Shown here piece after piece: positions 35,377 through 48,892 of a DNA stretch of 64,000 nucleotides. The number at the start of each line of letters is the position of its first letter. Within the stretch, counting starts at the first letter, position 1. The DNA is from Trichosphaerium sp. ATCC 40318 (Eukaryota; Protista; Tubulinea): positions 310,001 through 374,000 of the forward strand of contig JALMLS010000466.1 in assembly GCA_038496445.1 (NCBI GenBank). The letters run 5' to 3'. The notes under the pieces were generated by a model that saw only the letters and a list, made by a program, of their open reading frames with translations, ran no database searches and had not been told where the DNA came from. The position numbers and the translations under genes were made by a program.

Positions 35377-38300
35377 ATGAGTACAAAAAAACGTAAACGG
35401 CGAGAGACAAATCAGTCTAAAACGCCCGGTAAGGACAGAGGGCGTAGAAGAGTATCTACACAATCGTTAAAACGAAAGGGGTACTGGAAAATAACAATAG
35501 ACAAGATACACGCGAAAAATTTGCCGCGTTCGAGCCTCTACGGGTACCTAACGCCTCAGAAGAAAGAAATTTACAGGTGGTAGTTTTGGAAAAGCAAATC
35601 CCTATCTGATTTTTTTGTGGGATGATAAGAGCAAGCTTCAGACAGAAGTGGTGAAAAACTGTACGTTTGAGCTAAAACTATCACGTTCAAGAACTGAAAT
35701 TCTCCGGGGCTTCTAAAACGCGTCTAATCAGCTTTAGCGCACGACGCACAGTTCTCTAGTAGCTTCACATTCGAATATCAGCTGTCGAATTGTGAAGAGC
35801 TAAAAAATAGGTTTCTGACAGTAGAAGTGATGGATCATTCCGCGTTAAAGTCGGATTCAATTTTAGGTACAAAAACAATAAAGCAAAATTATTAATTGAA
35901 ATACAAGCAAAACAAACTAAACCTTTTTTTGTTCTCGCTTCCCAACTGTACTTCCGTACTTACAGTATCAATTAATTCTATAATAATAGGATACGTGACC
36001 CTGGACTTGTTTTTATTGGCAACAGGACCTGTAACACATGATGTTGCAATACAAAAAATTGACAAGGTATTAAGAATTTTTTTTTTACGCTTAATCTACT
36101 TGTTTTGTCGCTAAAACGATGTTATTCTGGCGTAGAAAAATAAGTCAAGTCGTGCAAAGGAGCATGGATTTACAACACGGGGTAGATTGAATTTTAGTGT
36201 TACGATGAAGTGTATATCGACGAGTACGTAGTCGCCTGAGCGTTTCGTGTTTTTTCACATGAAAAAAAGACGTGTTTGCTGATTGGGTTTTTTTTTTCAG
36301 TCGACGTTTCTTTAAGCAATGTTTCATGCAGCCAACTTCGTCCTGGCAATAAACATCACTTTGCAGAATGGGAGAATGATAGTCATCTTGAGATATACTT
36401 CAAAGATCATCCGGATGCAAGGAGACTGTACGAAATTTCAAAACTTTTTTGTTCGTTCTATTCTTAGTTTTTTTTCAATTTTTCATTAATTTTTACAAAA
36501 CAAACTCCTCACATACGCCAAGTACGCCCATTTGTTACAACACAAATAATCCTTCATGGCTTCGGATAGCTCCTCTACCGTTCACAGCGACACTACGGGT
36601 ACGTTTAAAACTTGTTGTGGCGAATTAAAACTAAATCTTATTATCAGTCTCTATTAAAACAAACTATCGTTGTTGAAGTATATAACGATTGTGAGGGTGC
36701 CAAGGAACTATTAGGAACATCTTCAGTGCGATAGAAACAGCTAGAAAACCAAAAAAATACTGACTTTTTTTTTTTCAATAGCTGTCTTTATCCTCATGTT
36801 ACTCATTACGTGAAGAACCAGTACATTTTACTGAAGCGTTTGAGTTCAAAGATACGAAATTTGGGTATATTGAAGGACAAATGACATTACGCGATTTACC
36901 ACCTCTTGCTCAAATGGAAGATGGCTTGCACTGCGACACGAGTAACTTTATCAATAACTTCTCTTTAACTAATTTTATTAGAAATCATGCAAGCTTCACC
37001 AATAGTTGTAGGTGCAGTGACACCAGACAAGAAGATTTATAAGTATCCAAACGACATTTGAAATTTTTTTCTATTTTTTTTATAATTGCGACTCCTTTTT
37101 ATCTATTGCCTTGACAATGTTGTGATTACGGTTAAATGCACCTGTTTTCAAGAGACCTGATAGTATATTAAATGGCCTCGCAAAAACAGCACATGTATCA
37201 TTAGAGATAAGACAAATGCAACAAAAGATTAAAAAAATTGCAGATAGTATAAGAAAAAAAACTAGACCACGTGCTTCTCGTTCTCAAAGTAGCATTAATC
37301 CTTTATCACTTTTAAAACAACTAAATGAGATGACTGAAAGTGATCCTAAAAATGCAGCTACAATATGTCATGATAACGGCATATTGCGGCTAGTAGTCCC
37401 AATGCTTGTACGCCCTTGTCAACACCACTAAAAACTATTTTTTCATTTTTTTTTTTCATCTGACTCTTCATTTTCTAACGCTTTTTTCAGAGAACAGATG
37501 AGCCAAAACTCCAAGATGAAGTGATTAGATTATTGCTATCTGTTTGTAAAAGTGGTACAGTGCAGTTTTAAAAGAATACTTTCTCAGCGAATCGCTTACG
37601 AAGACTAAATCAAAAATAGATTCCAATTGTCTAGCCGAGCTAGAGAATAGAGATGGCTTAACTCTTTTATTAAAACTCCTTAAAAGACCTGATAAATATG
37701 TACCTCAGAAGAAAATACTGGAAATTCTCTCTCTACTCTCAATACGTGGTACGTGCTTTCTCTTTTCAGTAGTCATCGTTATCAATAACCTTTGGTATAG
37801 ATTCATTGATACAAAGCAAATTTAGAACAACAGGCTTGATACCTGTGCTTCTAGCTGTCTTACAACGCTCAAAAGGCTCTTCTGCTAAAGTACGTTGCTA
37901 TTTCTTTGTCCTATTCTAACCACTTCCATAATAGCATCTTGTGCTACAGATACTTGGTAATCTGTCTTATGGTCGTGCTGGAGAGATAAAGTCCAATAAG
38001 GATGTTATTAGATACTCAGGAGGTTCGCAAAAAAAACTCAAACAAATGTTGCTGACTCTCTTTTAGGCATACCTATACTACTAGATTTGCTACATTATCA
38101 AAGATTTAGTAAAGCTGTTCTTCATACATTGAAGCAGATTGCACATAAAAGTGAGTTAGCGTAGTAAACAAGACAATGCAGAAAGTCATTAATTGGTTTT
38201 TTTGTAGACTCCGAAAATCAAAAAGCAATTGCAGTGGACATTACAGATCATTTAGTACAACACTTCGATACTGGTGATGCCAATGATAATACAACACTTG

Positions 38301-40459
38301 TTTTACTACAAGTTATTTCTCAATTCATCCCTGTAAAGTCAGAGGAAGCAAACATCGTCCTGGAGAAGGTAATTTCCTTGAAAACAAACTTATGGTTATT
38401 AATGTTTTGGTATAGGCGAGCAAGATTTTGATTAGCATATCATCGTCAACTACAGAAGCTGTTGCTGATAAAGCTATGTTTTTATTAAAGGCGTATAGAA
38501 CATCAGAGTCTGAACAACATCTTGTTGCAGATATCTTAGATACTATTAAGCGAAAGGATAGTAGAAAAGTAGGTTATTGTTTTTTTGTTGTGTTGCATCT
38601 TTTTACCTTTGTCAACGCATTCTTCTTCTTACTCTTTGTCCAAAGGAAATCCATGTTGCCTTACGTATGTTAAAAAATCTTTTGGAGGATAATCAAGAGG
38701 TACAATGGAGGGACATGATAGCCCTTTGTACAAAAAAACAAATCAGTTAACACAATTTTTTTTATAATAGAACCTTGACAAAATATCTGCACTTCTTGTT
38801 GACAATAACTCGCAACTTACTTCACTATTATCTGTTCTTGAAACTGAAGATCCTATTGACATCGGACTCGGTTTAAGATGTATAAACATACTCTCACAAG
38901 ACAGTACAACAATTCAGAATCATGTAGACGAAAATATCCTTACATACACTTAGGTGATGCATTGTGCTTAGAGATTTACAAACATGGAGACAAAGAACTC
39001 CTCAGGCGGCTTGTAAGTTTATTGGCTAGTGAAGATCAAAACATTCAACAAAATTGCTTAAGTTTAATACTCAATATCGCAACAGGTAAGGAGCGAGTCG
39101 ACTCCTAATTCATGAATCTGGTTTTGGTTTTTTTTTTTCACTTTTTTCTTGACTATTTTTTTATTTTCCTAACGTGTTGTTGTTAAATTTTAGATGAACA
39201 AACACATGGTGAACTTTGTAAAGCAGATGTATTCGAGGCTCTAAGCGCTTTATTGAAAAAATCAGAATCAATAATAGTCACGCAAACAAGTCTTAAACTT
39301 GTAGCTAAGTTGACATCAAGTACGCTCTTTATAGAATATATTCAATAATAACCTCCATTAAGATTCTCCTGTTTCAAGAAAACTCATGTTATCAAAACAG
39401 ATACCTGTAATACAATTTGTAGAGTACGAGAGTCCATTTCTTTGAAATCACAAAAAAAAAAGCTAACAATCAACAAAGGTACTTGACACATGAAGCTGAG
39501 GTTGTTTACCATGCAGTTCGTATTATACATAACCTATGCTTTCCTATTATACCTGATGTACGTCAACTCCTTCATTTCTAAGACTTGTTTCACTAAATCT
39601 GTTTCAGACGAAACAAATCCTTGAGAACATAATTATCACAAACACTGTTACTACTTTATTCAGTATTGTATCCAATCCATCGCTTTTGACCCCAAAACCA
39701 CAACCAGTTGTTCAAGCTGCTTTAGCAGCTATTGGTGATTTAGTTACAGGTACGGTTAGAATCGCATAACTGAGCTACATTCAAAAAAATCGAACATAAA
39801 CATTTTAGCACTTTTTTTAAGTCCCTTGACTCCAGTTCCTTTCAAAACAAGTTTTTTATAAATTATACCTCTAAAACAAAGATTTACACATGACCGTGTT
39901 TGTTGTTAACTTGAATATATAGAGGATGATGTTAGAGAGTCAATAAACGAAAAACAAGCTGTGAAAAAATTGCAAAAAATGGCAAATGATCCTATAATAG
40001 GCCCAGCTGCACGTAACTGTCTAAAAGCATTCTCTTCAGCGACTGCATTACTGTACGCCATCTAAATTTCCCAAGGAAAAAAACTCTAGTTTGTATACAA
40101 ACTGTCAATATCGTTACTTACATCTCTTTCCTCGTAGTGAATTCCCTGAAGATTTTATTTGTCCTATTTCTCAAGAGCCTTTTCAAGATCCTGTAATGAC
40201 TTGTGATGGTCACTCTTATGAAAGAGAGATGATTGAAGACTGGCTTTCTGGACATGACCTTTCACCACTAACTGGAGAGACTTTACCTAGCAAGGTAAAT
40301 TCCGTCAAACAGATTCCTCTTTTTTTCTTGATTTTTTTCTTTATAATTGTTTTTCCTCGCTAACGTTCTTTGTGAAAGGTCCTCATCCCTAATATAACAC
40401 TGAGAAAAGCTGTGCAAGAATTCTTGCATAAATATCCTGAACTAGCTGATAATGCATAG
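35377..40459 (+). CDS. C2-domain, armadillo-repeat, C-terminal U-box E3 ubiquitin ligase
   Basis: ITIDKIHAKNLP...VEVMDHSALKSDSILG (C2); second C2-like block TPICYNTNNPSW...VVEVYND; ARM repeats (GLIPVLL, GIPILLDLL); FPEDFICPISQEPFQDPVMTCDGHSYER..SPLTGE..PNITLR (U-box). The join at ~37044-37155 needs a GAG acceptor, so this may be two genes. Confidence 0.8.
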
Positions 40460-40562
40460 TTTTGAGATGAATTGTAAACTAGCTTGTAAACGTAAAAAAA
40501 AAACCAAGACAAAAAAAAAATTTAACAACATTTACAACTACATTCACTCTTAGTAAACAACA

Positions 40563-41676
40563 ATGTACATGAATCTATACCTCATTTGCTTGTGTGCTCT
40601 ACATACGTTAAACAAAGTTAATTAGTCAGCAAACAATTGTGAATGAAATCTTACTTTTTTAATGGTTTCATTTGCGCTTGCGAACGTATTGAACCCAACG
40701 ATGGGTCAAACCACGAATACCCTATTATACGTTGAAATAAGGATGCTCGCTTTCTCTATTGTGTCACCACCAAAGGTGCTTTTGTCAGGCTAGATATGAG
40801 AGGATCAAAGTAGGCATTCTGTGGATTCCTTGGCACTGTTATTGCTTCTGAAATACCAAAACGTGGCATATCATTACCTTAATTGCTTTTGTATGTATAC
40901 TGTTCTTGGAGGAGCTCTCTTCGAAGATGTTTATGGCGTGATGCACAAAAATCATTGTATCTTAAAACTCCGTATTTGAAAGCTGAGTTGATAGATATCT
41001 TGTTAATAGTGACACATCATATCAAGAAGTATGTGAGCCAAGGGATAGTGTGGGAGATGTGACGACATCTAAACTGGTACGGCTATAGTATACGGGCTCA
41101 CTTAATAACTTATTGATTCTAGAGCCATCGTGTCTTACCTTTCTATCAATGTTTTTCAAGTTTGGTGGCATTAGATGATTTCAACCAGGTACAGTTTTAA
41201 TAAAGTAGTTAGTTATTGTTCTATTTCTTAGACTCATTAATTCACGCGTAGGATTAAAGCCAGCGATGTATTTGATACTAATTTTGTTTCCACTTTTAAT
41301 CTTATTCTCTTACGTCACTTTTGGTTTCACATTTCCTACCTTGGTTCTGTTTGTTGGGCATGTCAATGGGTTTAATGGCTGGAATGACACATCGCCAAAG
41401 GTACGGCAATACTATAGATATCTGCAACTCATAGGTTACAACATATTTTTACAGAAATTCCTGTTTACAATAATCAATTTGGTACAATGTCAAACTATTG
41501 TCATTGGTACAAGAAGCGGAAATGTACTTTATTTTTACAGAGATACAGTTGAAAAGAAAGGTGAAATTGGTGGTAGTTGGGTAAGAAACATATTGGTAAA
41601 TGGCAAGAGTGGAAAGTCAGCAAGAAATAAAAGAACATCGGACATTGTTGGTCTCGAGAAAAAAAAACCCAAGTGA
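40563..41676 (+). pseudogene. Decayed gene fragment, possibly FG-GAP/beta-propeller-like
   Basis: Intron-like GTAC..AG segments and short frames broken by stops; LVALDDFNQ|D* resembles a truncated DxNxDG motif; IVIGTRSGNVLYFY strand. Confidence 0.3.
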
Positions 41677-42153
41677 TGATTTGAAACACCTTTTTGAGCG
41701 TTTTCACGTTCTATATTGAGTTGAGTCTAAGAGAAGGTTGAGTATAAGCGTTTTCGCCTCTTTTGAACAACAGGTTGCTGAAAAAGTCGTTAAGCGTTTC
41801 TGTTAGTTTGGTATTGCTTGTGAGAACGACAATAGCGGATCTATATTGAAGGGTACGGTATTTGACACGCGTAAACGCACTAAACAAACGAAAACAGCTT
41901 TTTCGCCGTAAAAAAGCTTGACAAGCTATCAAAACACCAATATTGTGGCCTCGGCGCGTTAATACAGGTAAATATTAATTTTTTGCCTTTAACAGCTTAT
42001 AAGTCATTAAAACATCGTAAATACACGTAATTGGTATCCGTATTTATTATTTTCAACAAAAAAAACGGTGCTTGGCGCGTTTATTCAAAACAAAGGCGCC
42101 ATTCAGCCACCAAATATTTTCTTATTTCATTCTTGTTGTTATGATCTTGAAGT

Positions 42154-42561
42154 CCGTACAGCCAATAACAATACGATACCTATTGGTTGTACGGGACGTA
42201 ACAACCTAACAACACGTGTTGGATACCGTTTTTGAGTCGTGATACGTTTTGAGAAACAAAACACATTTTTGGCTCTGATAGGAGATTTTTCGATTAAAAA
42301 AGCCAAATTCGAAGGTGTCTTTTATCTTGTGTTTCAATTCATCCTGAAATGAGGAAATAGAGTACTCACAAAAGACGTTTTTTTTTTATCTTTTTTCAAC
42401 TGTTTCGATAGAATTTTCATTTGACCTTTTGTCACGTGTGGTGAAGGTGTCAGTCAAAAAACGTGAACTACCCGATATCGGGTATTTTTTTTTCATTAAA
42501 TACCGCGGTAATTCTTAGATTGTGTTCGATTGGGAATGGTAATGCCGAGGCTCATTACCAT
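42154..42561. repeat. Cluster of inverted repeats/palindromes
   Basis: 14-bp stem 42154-42167/42181-42194 (one G-T); AACACGTGTT 42211-42220; TACCCGATATCGGGTA 42469-42484; TACCGCGGTA 42501-42510; ATGGTAATG/CATTACCAT 42536-42561. Confidence 0.8.
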
Positions 42562-42945
42562 CGAAACCATTACTATTGAAACGCTTTTTTTTTTTTTTTT
42601 TTTGTGTTCATTGATTGATAAAACGAAAATCTCCGTTAACGTATCTTAGTTTTTTTGGTAGGGTTTTTACCGTAGATTCATTATACAATAAAAACTCGGA
42701 GCTTTATGAAAGCTCAAAAAAAATATATCACGTTCTAGAATTCAACAAAGATTTTACACTTTGTCGTTGATATACAACCATAAATGACTGACAGCGATGA
42801 TGAACCACCTACCCCAAGTACGCACATAACCTCAATAATCTCTTTGAGAAGATTACTACAGTTTTTGGGCACCAAAACTATCCGTGAAAAAGCTCTTTTT
42901 TAACCATAACAAACCATCAACAACAACCTCAACAACAACTCAACA

Positions 42946-45501
42946 ATGTCTCTCTCTACTACTACTTCCTCTTGCACACTCACACCTACCCGTACAGTAA
43001 TGACTAGGACAGACCTAGCCAAGTTTTCATGTATTAGACTTCGCGCAATAGCAAAGGCTTGGGAGATGACGCGCTACTCCAAATTGCGAAAGACCGCTCT
43101 AATTGAAGCCATTTACACAACTATGCGTACGTTGTTAACAGTTTAAAAGCTCTAAAACTTTTCGCTTTCTTTTTAACTATTCAACTTACTGTCAACTTCG
43201 ACTTTTGTTCTAACTCACTTTAGACAACGAAGGAGATCAGTTGATGCTGGAGCGGGCCAGTTATCAACGTGAAGAAGTTAACAACGCCCTGTTACGTATC
43301 AAAAAGCGTAAGCGTACCGCAAAGTCCAAAGCCAGGCAGGCTGAGTACGATGCTGAGGTTGCTCGTAAAGCTGAGGCTGCTCGTAAGGCTGAAGCTGACC
43401 GAGAAGCTGAAGCTGCTCGCCGAGCGGACATAACGGTTCAAATGGGTGCCTTTGCTGCCCAGTTCAACGCAAAGCTTGCTGCTCAAAAGGCTGAGCATGA
43501 CAAAACAAACGCAAAGCTGGCTGCTCAACAAGCCGAGCACGACAAAACTAACGTTAAAGTCACAGCATTGGAAGGCGAATGTACAGCCTTGAAAACTACA
43601 ACTAAACGCCTTAAACTTGGTTTGGCCGTTACTAATTGTGCATTCCTTCAAATGGCGCTCCTAATCGCCTTCAGTTCGATAAGAGATAAGACTCTCGATG
43701 AAATTATCGAAAAAGGTACGTACACTTTTTTTTCGAAGAATTTTTCTAAATCTAACTTTTTTTTCCTGTAGACTATGACTGTCTTGGCGTACACATAGAC
43801 GCCCTGGTCATTCTTGTCGCTTTCTTCTATGAAGTTCTAGAAAATATTATCTACCCTGATGATTTTCTTTACAAAGACGGTGCTCGTAAACGGGATTGGA
43901 AGAAGGAGACCACGTTCAATGTTTTCCTTGGAAAGTATTTCAAGGCCCGTCCAGACCTCCTGCGCCACATGCTTGTACATGACACACATGTACAAAACGT
44001 AGTTGGGGAAATACCTCAACACAAAATATCAAAGCCTGACCTTGCCGTTGTACCCAAATCTATAAAAATAGGCGAGAACGACAAGGTCAAGATCCACCAA
44101 ATCGCCATAATTTGGGAACTCAAAAAGGGAACTGGTACGCTTTCTCTTTTTTTCTTTTTTTTTTCCTCTCTTTCTTTCATTGTACTAAATGTTTTCTTAG
44201 CGGATTTTACAACTGCAGAGAAGGGGCAAACATGGCATTACCTCCACAAGCTCCTTTATGCCCAAAAAACGCGCACGGAGGCATATGCCATTCTTATGAA
44301 CTTTGACAAAGTCATGTTTCTCAAGATTTCGATGGCAACACGTGAGGAGCTGAAAAATCCAAGCTACTTCACGTGTGGGCCGTACGACATTGATGGTGTG
44401 GGCGGGAAATACCTCTTCACAATGCTCAACCAAACGCCTGAAGCGCTGGGCTTTCGCATCAAAAAATTCACGTATAAAGATACGGAGTACTTGGCTGGCG
44501 GAATTTTGGGTATTGGCGCTTCAGCTGTAGTTTATTCGCTACAAATTCCTACCAAAGACGGGAAGGATACAAGAATAGTTGCGGTTAAGGAATTTAAACC
44601 AGACCGTAAACAGTTCATTCACGAAGAGATCAACATTTACAAGAAGCTTAAGAAAGTTTCTACTGTACCTAACTTGGTACGCAACCCATCATTTCTTTTT
44701 TTTTTCTTTCTTTCTAACATTTTTTATTGCAGGTTCATTACACACAAGATCATATTTTTTTAAGTCCTGTTGGCACGAGAATAAAAAATTGGGGTGATAT
44801 TGCAGACACTTATGGATTTATCTCTGGTATCATTAGTACGCTAAAGATCGCGCACGAAATGGAAATAGTTCATAGGTATGTCAACTTAGTTTTTTTTTTT
44901 ACATTGACATTGCAATGTGTCAAAATTTTTCAGTGAAGCACATGTGTCACTTTATGTTTGCGTTTTTCTTTTCTTAGTGCATCAGTACTGATATTATTTT
45001 AGGGATGTTTCTACATCTAATATCATGTTTGCGAATGCTAAGCCTTTACTAATCGACTGGGGTTCTACTGTGGCTCCTGGCGTACCAGTGGTTATCGCAG
45101 GGACTCTAAAATATGCTCCACATCATGTCTTGTGTTCCTTTGGTTCTAAGAAGCTGGTCAGGTACCTACCTTCTGACGACCTACAGTCTTTTGTCTTCGT
45201 ATTGGCCTACCTCTGCAGCTTAAAGAAAAAGAGCTGGGACGTTGCTTACGATAAGTGGGCAGCTATCACATGCAAACCAAACTACGACGCCAAAGAAGAA
45301 GACAATCTCAGAGAACTGTTGTTTCATGAACGAAGCACGAACATGTTTTTTGGATGGTCAAATGCTCTCAACCTGGCCAAGAAAGCGGATTATGATGGCC
45401 TCATTCTCGAACTCGTAAACTTACTTAAAGATATGAGATCTTATTGGAAATGTAAGGACTGTAAGCGCTATAATTGTTATTGTAATAAAAAAACAGAGTA
45501 A
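42946..45501 (+). CDS. Crinkler-like effector: Rho-N/HeH header, coiled coil, PD-(D/E)XK REase domain, protein kinase, Cys-rich tail
   Basis: LAKFSCIRLRAIAKAWEMTRYSKLRKTALIEAI; KPDLAVV...IIWELKKG...EKGQ; ILGIGASAVVY, VAVK, IVHR|DVSTSNIM, LIDWG, GTLKYA, DDLQSF; CKDCKRYNCYC; five GT-AG introns join in frame. Confidence 0.8.
43466..43549 (+). repeat. 42-nt in-frame tandem duplication (NAKLAAQxAEHDKT x2) in coiled coil
   Basis: aacgcaaagcttgctgctcaaaaggctgagcatgacaaaaca followed by aacgcaaagctggctgctcaacaagccgagcacgacaaaact. Confidence 0.85.
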
Positions 45502-45931
45502 ACTACAGAACGAAGTAACTTTTTTTCTACTACTAGTTTTTCAAGCCCTTTCTACTTTGTTATTTGTTAATTGCTGTTGAGTGTAACGAGCATTGTGCCA
45601 ACATTGTGCGACTCTTTAAATGCTCAAGTCTTTTTGTAGACTGAAATACACGTTTCTTTTTTGTTGGTTCTCGAGCACCTCCACAAAATCAGGACTCATC
45701 ATGAGCTTACTGATCCAAAATAGAATAAGTCACGTGAATTCTCAAAACATTCACAGTGGGACATGATTATCATAATTGCATAAAGACTCTCACTACATAG
45801 TTGAACTAAAGACAAAACACACTTCATCAACAAGCCAATAGCGTACATTTTCCGCTATATGGAACGCTATTGTTTCTTAAGGCAACCACAATGCTGTTCA
45901 TTTAAGATAGTATCCAAAAGAAAAATCCGCA

Positions 45932-46326
45932 ATGCCACTCGTTGGTCACTCGCTTATGCCTGGAATGAAGAAGTGCACCTTCAATGACTACAAAAAGATT
46001 GAGTTCAAAGTAAATTCGTATGGTGATCAAGATAAACAAGTGAAGAAAGCGCTACAGGAACAAAATGTTAGTTTAGATGTAAAGCACTGTTGCTGTACGC
46101 ATTCAAAAGTGACATCACGTGATATATGCCTTATCCTTTTGTAGCGTTAATAGGAAGAGCTCTACCAGAGCACAAGTATAAGGTAGCCAAGTATTGCGCA
46201 AAATACTGTCATGATGGAGAGGAAAAGTTTGTGTATGAGGCAAAAAGACAATTGATGAGTTGGAAGGAAGCACGTGAAAAACTCATAAAGAAAATTGAAG
46301 AAGAAAACAAAAAAGACGTAATGTGA
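45932..46326 (+). CDS. Small hypothetical protein, 1 intron
   Basis: Two ORFs can be joined by a GTACGC..TAG intron; no recognised motif. Confidence 0.45.
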
Positions 46327-46562
46327 CGTGTCATTATAGTTAACTATCTCAAGTGTTGACCAAAAGAAGCTATGTGTCATGCAGTATTTCCAAACCAAGG
46401 TTAACTCACAGTGAACTCATTGGTCAAATAGTAGTAGTAGATGCAAAAACAACACTTGTAGCATAAAACAAACGCAAACGATTTTAAAAAAATATCTTGT
46501 CTGATTTTATTGGCTTTTTTGATTTTTCTTTTTGTTGGTCTTTTTTTTTTGTTTCTTGTTCT

Positions 46563-48746
46563 TTAAACCAAGTCATAAAGTGAGTCCCAAATCTTTTTAA
46601 CTTTAGGCTCAAAATCAGCTACTTTCTCTTTGACTGTAATCAAACTGAAAATAATAGCACTCATATCCTCTTTTCTAACGATAAAAGGTTGTTTGATAAC
46701 AATCTCTCTTTCACCTCCTTGAGACTCTCCAGAGTATGTTTGCATTAATCCCTTAATACCACATATTGTAATTTCTTCTCCTCCATAACATTTCAAGTCA
46801 GGATGCATAGCTTGTGCCTCATCTTGAAGCTGTTTTCCCAATACTTTAAGATCATCTGTTGTCACCTTTTTAGAGTTCATAGAGAATAGTGTTGGTGAAG
46901 AGTTATCGGTTGACATAAAATGGTATGCGCCCATCATTTCGCCGTGGTATTTAAAGTCCTTAATGTCGTATAAAATACCCCATTTATGAGTGAGATTTTC
47001 GCAACAGTGTAACGTGTAGGTTTCAGGTGGGCCTACTGCGACATCTTCTTCATCGTCTTCTACTACTGCATCCATACTGGCACTATGTACATATATATTA
47101 GGATAAAAGACATATTATGGTCAGTAAGGAGAAAAGAAAAAAAGTTTTGTTTTTTGATATCTTGAAAACCGGTGAAATTAGTGAGCTTACAGTGCGCCTA
47201 GTACACCTCCTTTGTTGCTTAGGGACATGCTTAAGTGGTCACTCAATGATGGCAAAGCGACTTCTTGGTCTTTGTATAGGAATACTGATTTTAATACACG
47301 CAAAAATACCTGTAAACAAAACGTTAATTATGGGTTTGCCAAACGAAATACAACGAGAAAATTTTCTGTAACGTCTTTTGGTTTTTTTGATTTTTTCCTT
47401 CCCAGCTTACCTTTTCGTATTCGCCGCCCAAAGAGTCAGAGAGGTTATGGTAAATTTCAATAGTGTACAAGGTAGAGTTGAATTGAACAGTAACTCTATC
47501 GTGTTTCTAATAGAGCGTCAGCAATAGTAAACAATTAAAAAAATAAATAATCAAAAATAAAATTCTTCGTTTACCTCTGTGCCTTGTGTCCATTTTACTC
47601 TATAACCGTCAGTGTTACCAACTTTAAATGGTTTTGGTTCAGGGTTAGTCTTCAAGTTAAGACTACCCAAAGCCTCAGTGAGTGCATCTACCTAACGAGT
47701 AGAGATTAATAAAAAGACCAAAAAAAAAAACAAAATTAAAGAAAATGATTGATCTCAAATCTATTACGCACAGAACTGGTATCTTTCTTATCAACTGAGA
47801 TTTTAAGGGTGACAACGCATGCTTTATCATTATCAGACTCTTCAAATGTGAAAGTGGAAACCTTTGCTAAAAGGACAAAGCTGTTAATCGACTTTCGTTG
47901 TAGTTTAGATAAACTCTACCTTTTACTTGTTTATTCCATTGGTCTGGGTAACGTAAGCATATTGAGTGGTCTTTCCAGATGAAAGGCTTCAATAGAAGGA
48001 CATTGATTCTTCTTTCGCCTACGCGTAAAATAAACGTATGTACGCGGAGGTATAAACCCATAAAAACTGTTTATCGATGTTCGCAACGTACCAGTGACGA
48101 ATGAGGAGAGCATTTTTGAGATTTGATTTTTGTACTTGTCAAAATCATCTGCAGGACAGTTACAGCTTACAATGTATACCAAACGTTTTTCCTATGAATT
48201 ATAAGGCTAAGAATCGAATTGTTTTACTTGTACCTGAAGTGCAATCACTTGTAAAAACACAGAGTTTGTAAAACCTACTGGCGTTCTACCGTCAGGACCC
48301 ATGACAGGTGTCTACGCGTATATTAGTTTAAAACGTAATAAATAAAATTGTAGAGCTGTCGTACAGGTACAGTAACAACCATTTTCTTGGCGGCAAGGCT
48401 ACCAAGAGTTGCGTTCTCAAATGGTGGCGCTGGAGCACCCATGCTCTGCATCATCTCAGCTTGGCCTTTAGCAAGATCTTCAAGCGTCATAGGCTTGTCT
48501 GGCACTTCGTGGACCTGAACGTGTACTACCACAACGTTCCCTTTGCCTAGAGACAACATGTAAACTCACAGGAACAAAATATTTTAATTATGTAGTACTT
48601 TGTAGGGCAATAGGGTCAGAGACGTCCTCAGGAGAGAACATGACAATTTTCTCCATTGGCGCATTTACATACCACTCAGGTGGGTACGACATGCTCCAAC
48701 CAATGTTAGCGGCCTCGAACGTTTTCCACTCCTTTGTTGCTGCCAT
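46563..48746 (-). CDS. Protein with about three tandem PsbP/DcrB/Mog1-like domains
   Basis: WKTFEAANIGWSMSYPPEW start; recurring ...ATLGSLAAKK..., VYIVSCNCPADDFDKY...MLSSF and IFSLITVKEKVADFEPKVKKIWDSL patterns. Confidence 0.6.
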
Positions 48747-48892
48747 GTTTTACGTGTTTACAGTGCAAACAAAAATTTTCGGTAATTTCTCGTTCAGAAA
48801 GCAAAAAAACTCGGTCGGGCAGTAGTCAATGTATTACGTCAAACTCTAGCAGTATAACATGCACGTAGCGTCACCATAAATCCTGAGTAAGA

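Noticed and set aside
41680-45700. Terminal inverted repeats or target-site duplication around the effector gene
   Set aside because: None found by eye, so it is not annotated as a mobile element.
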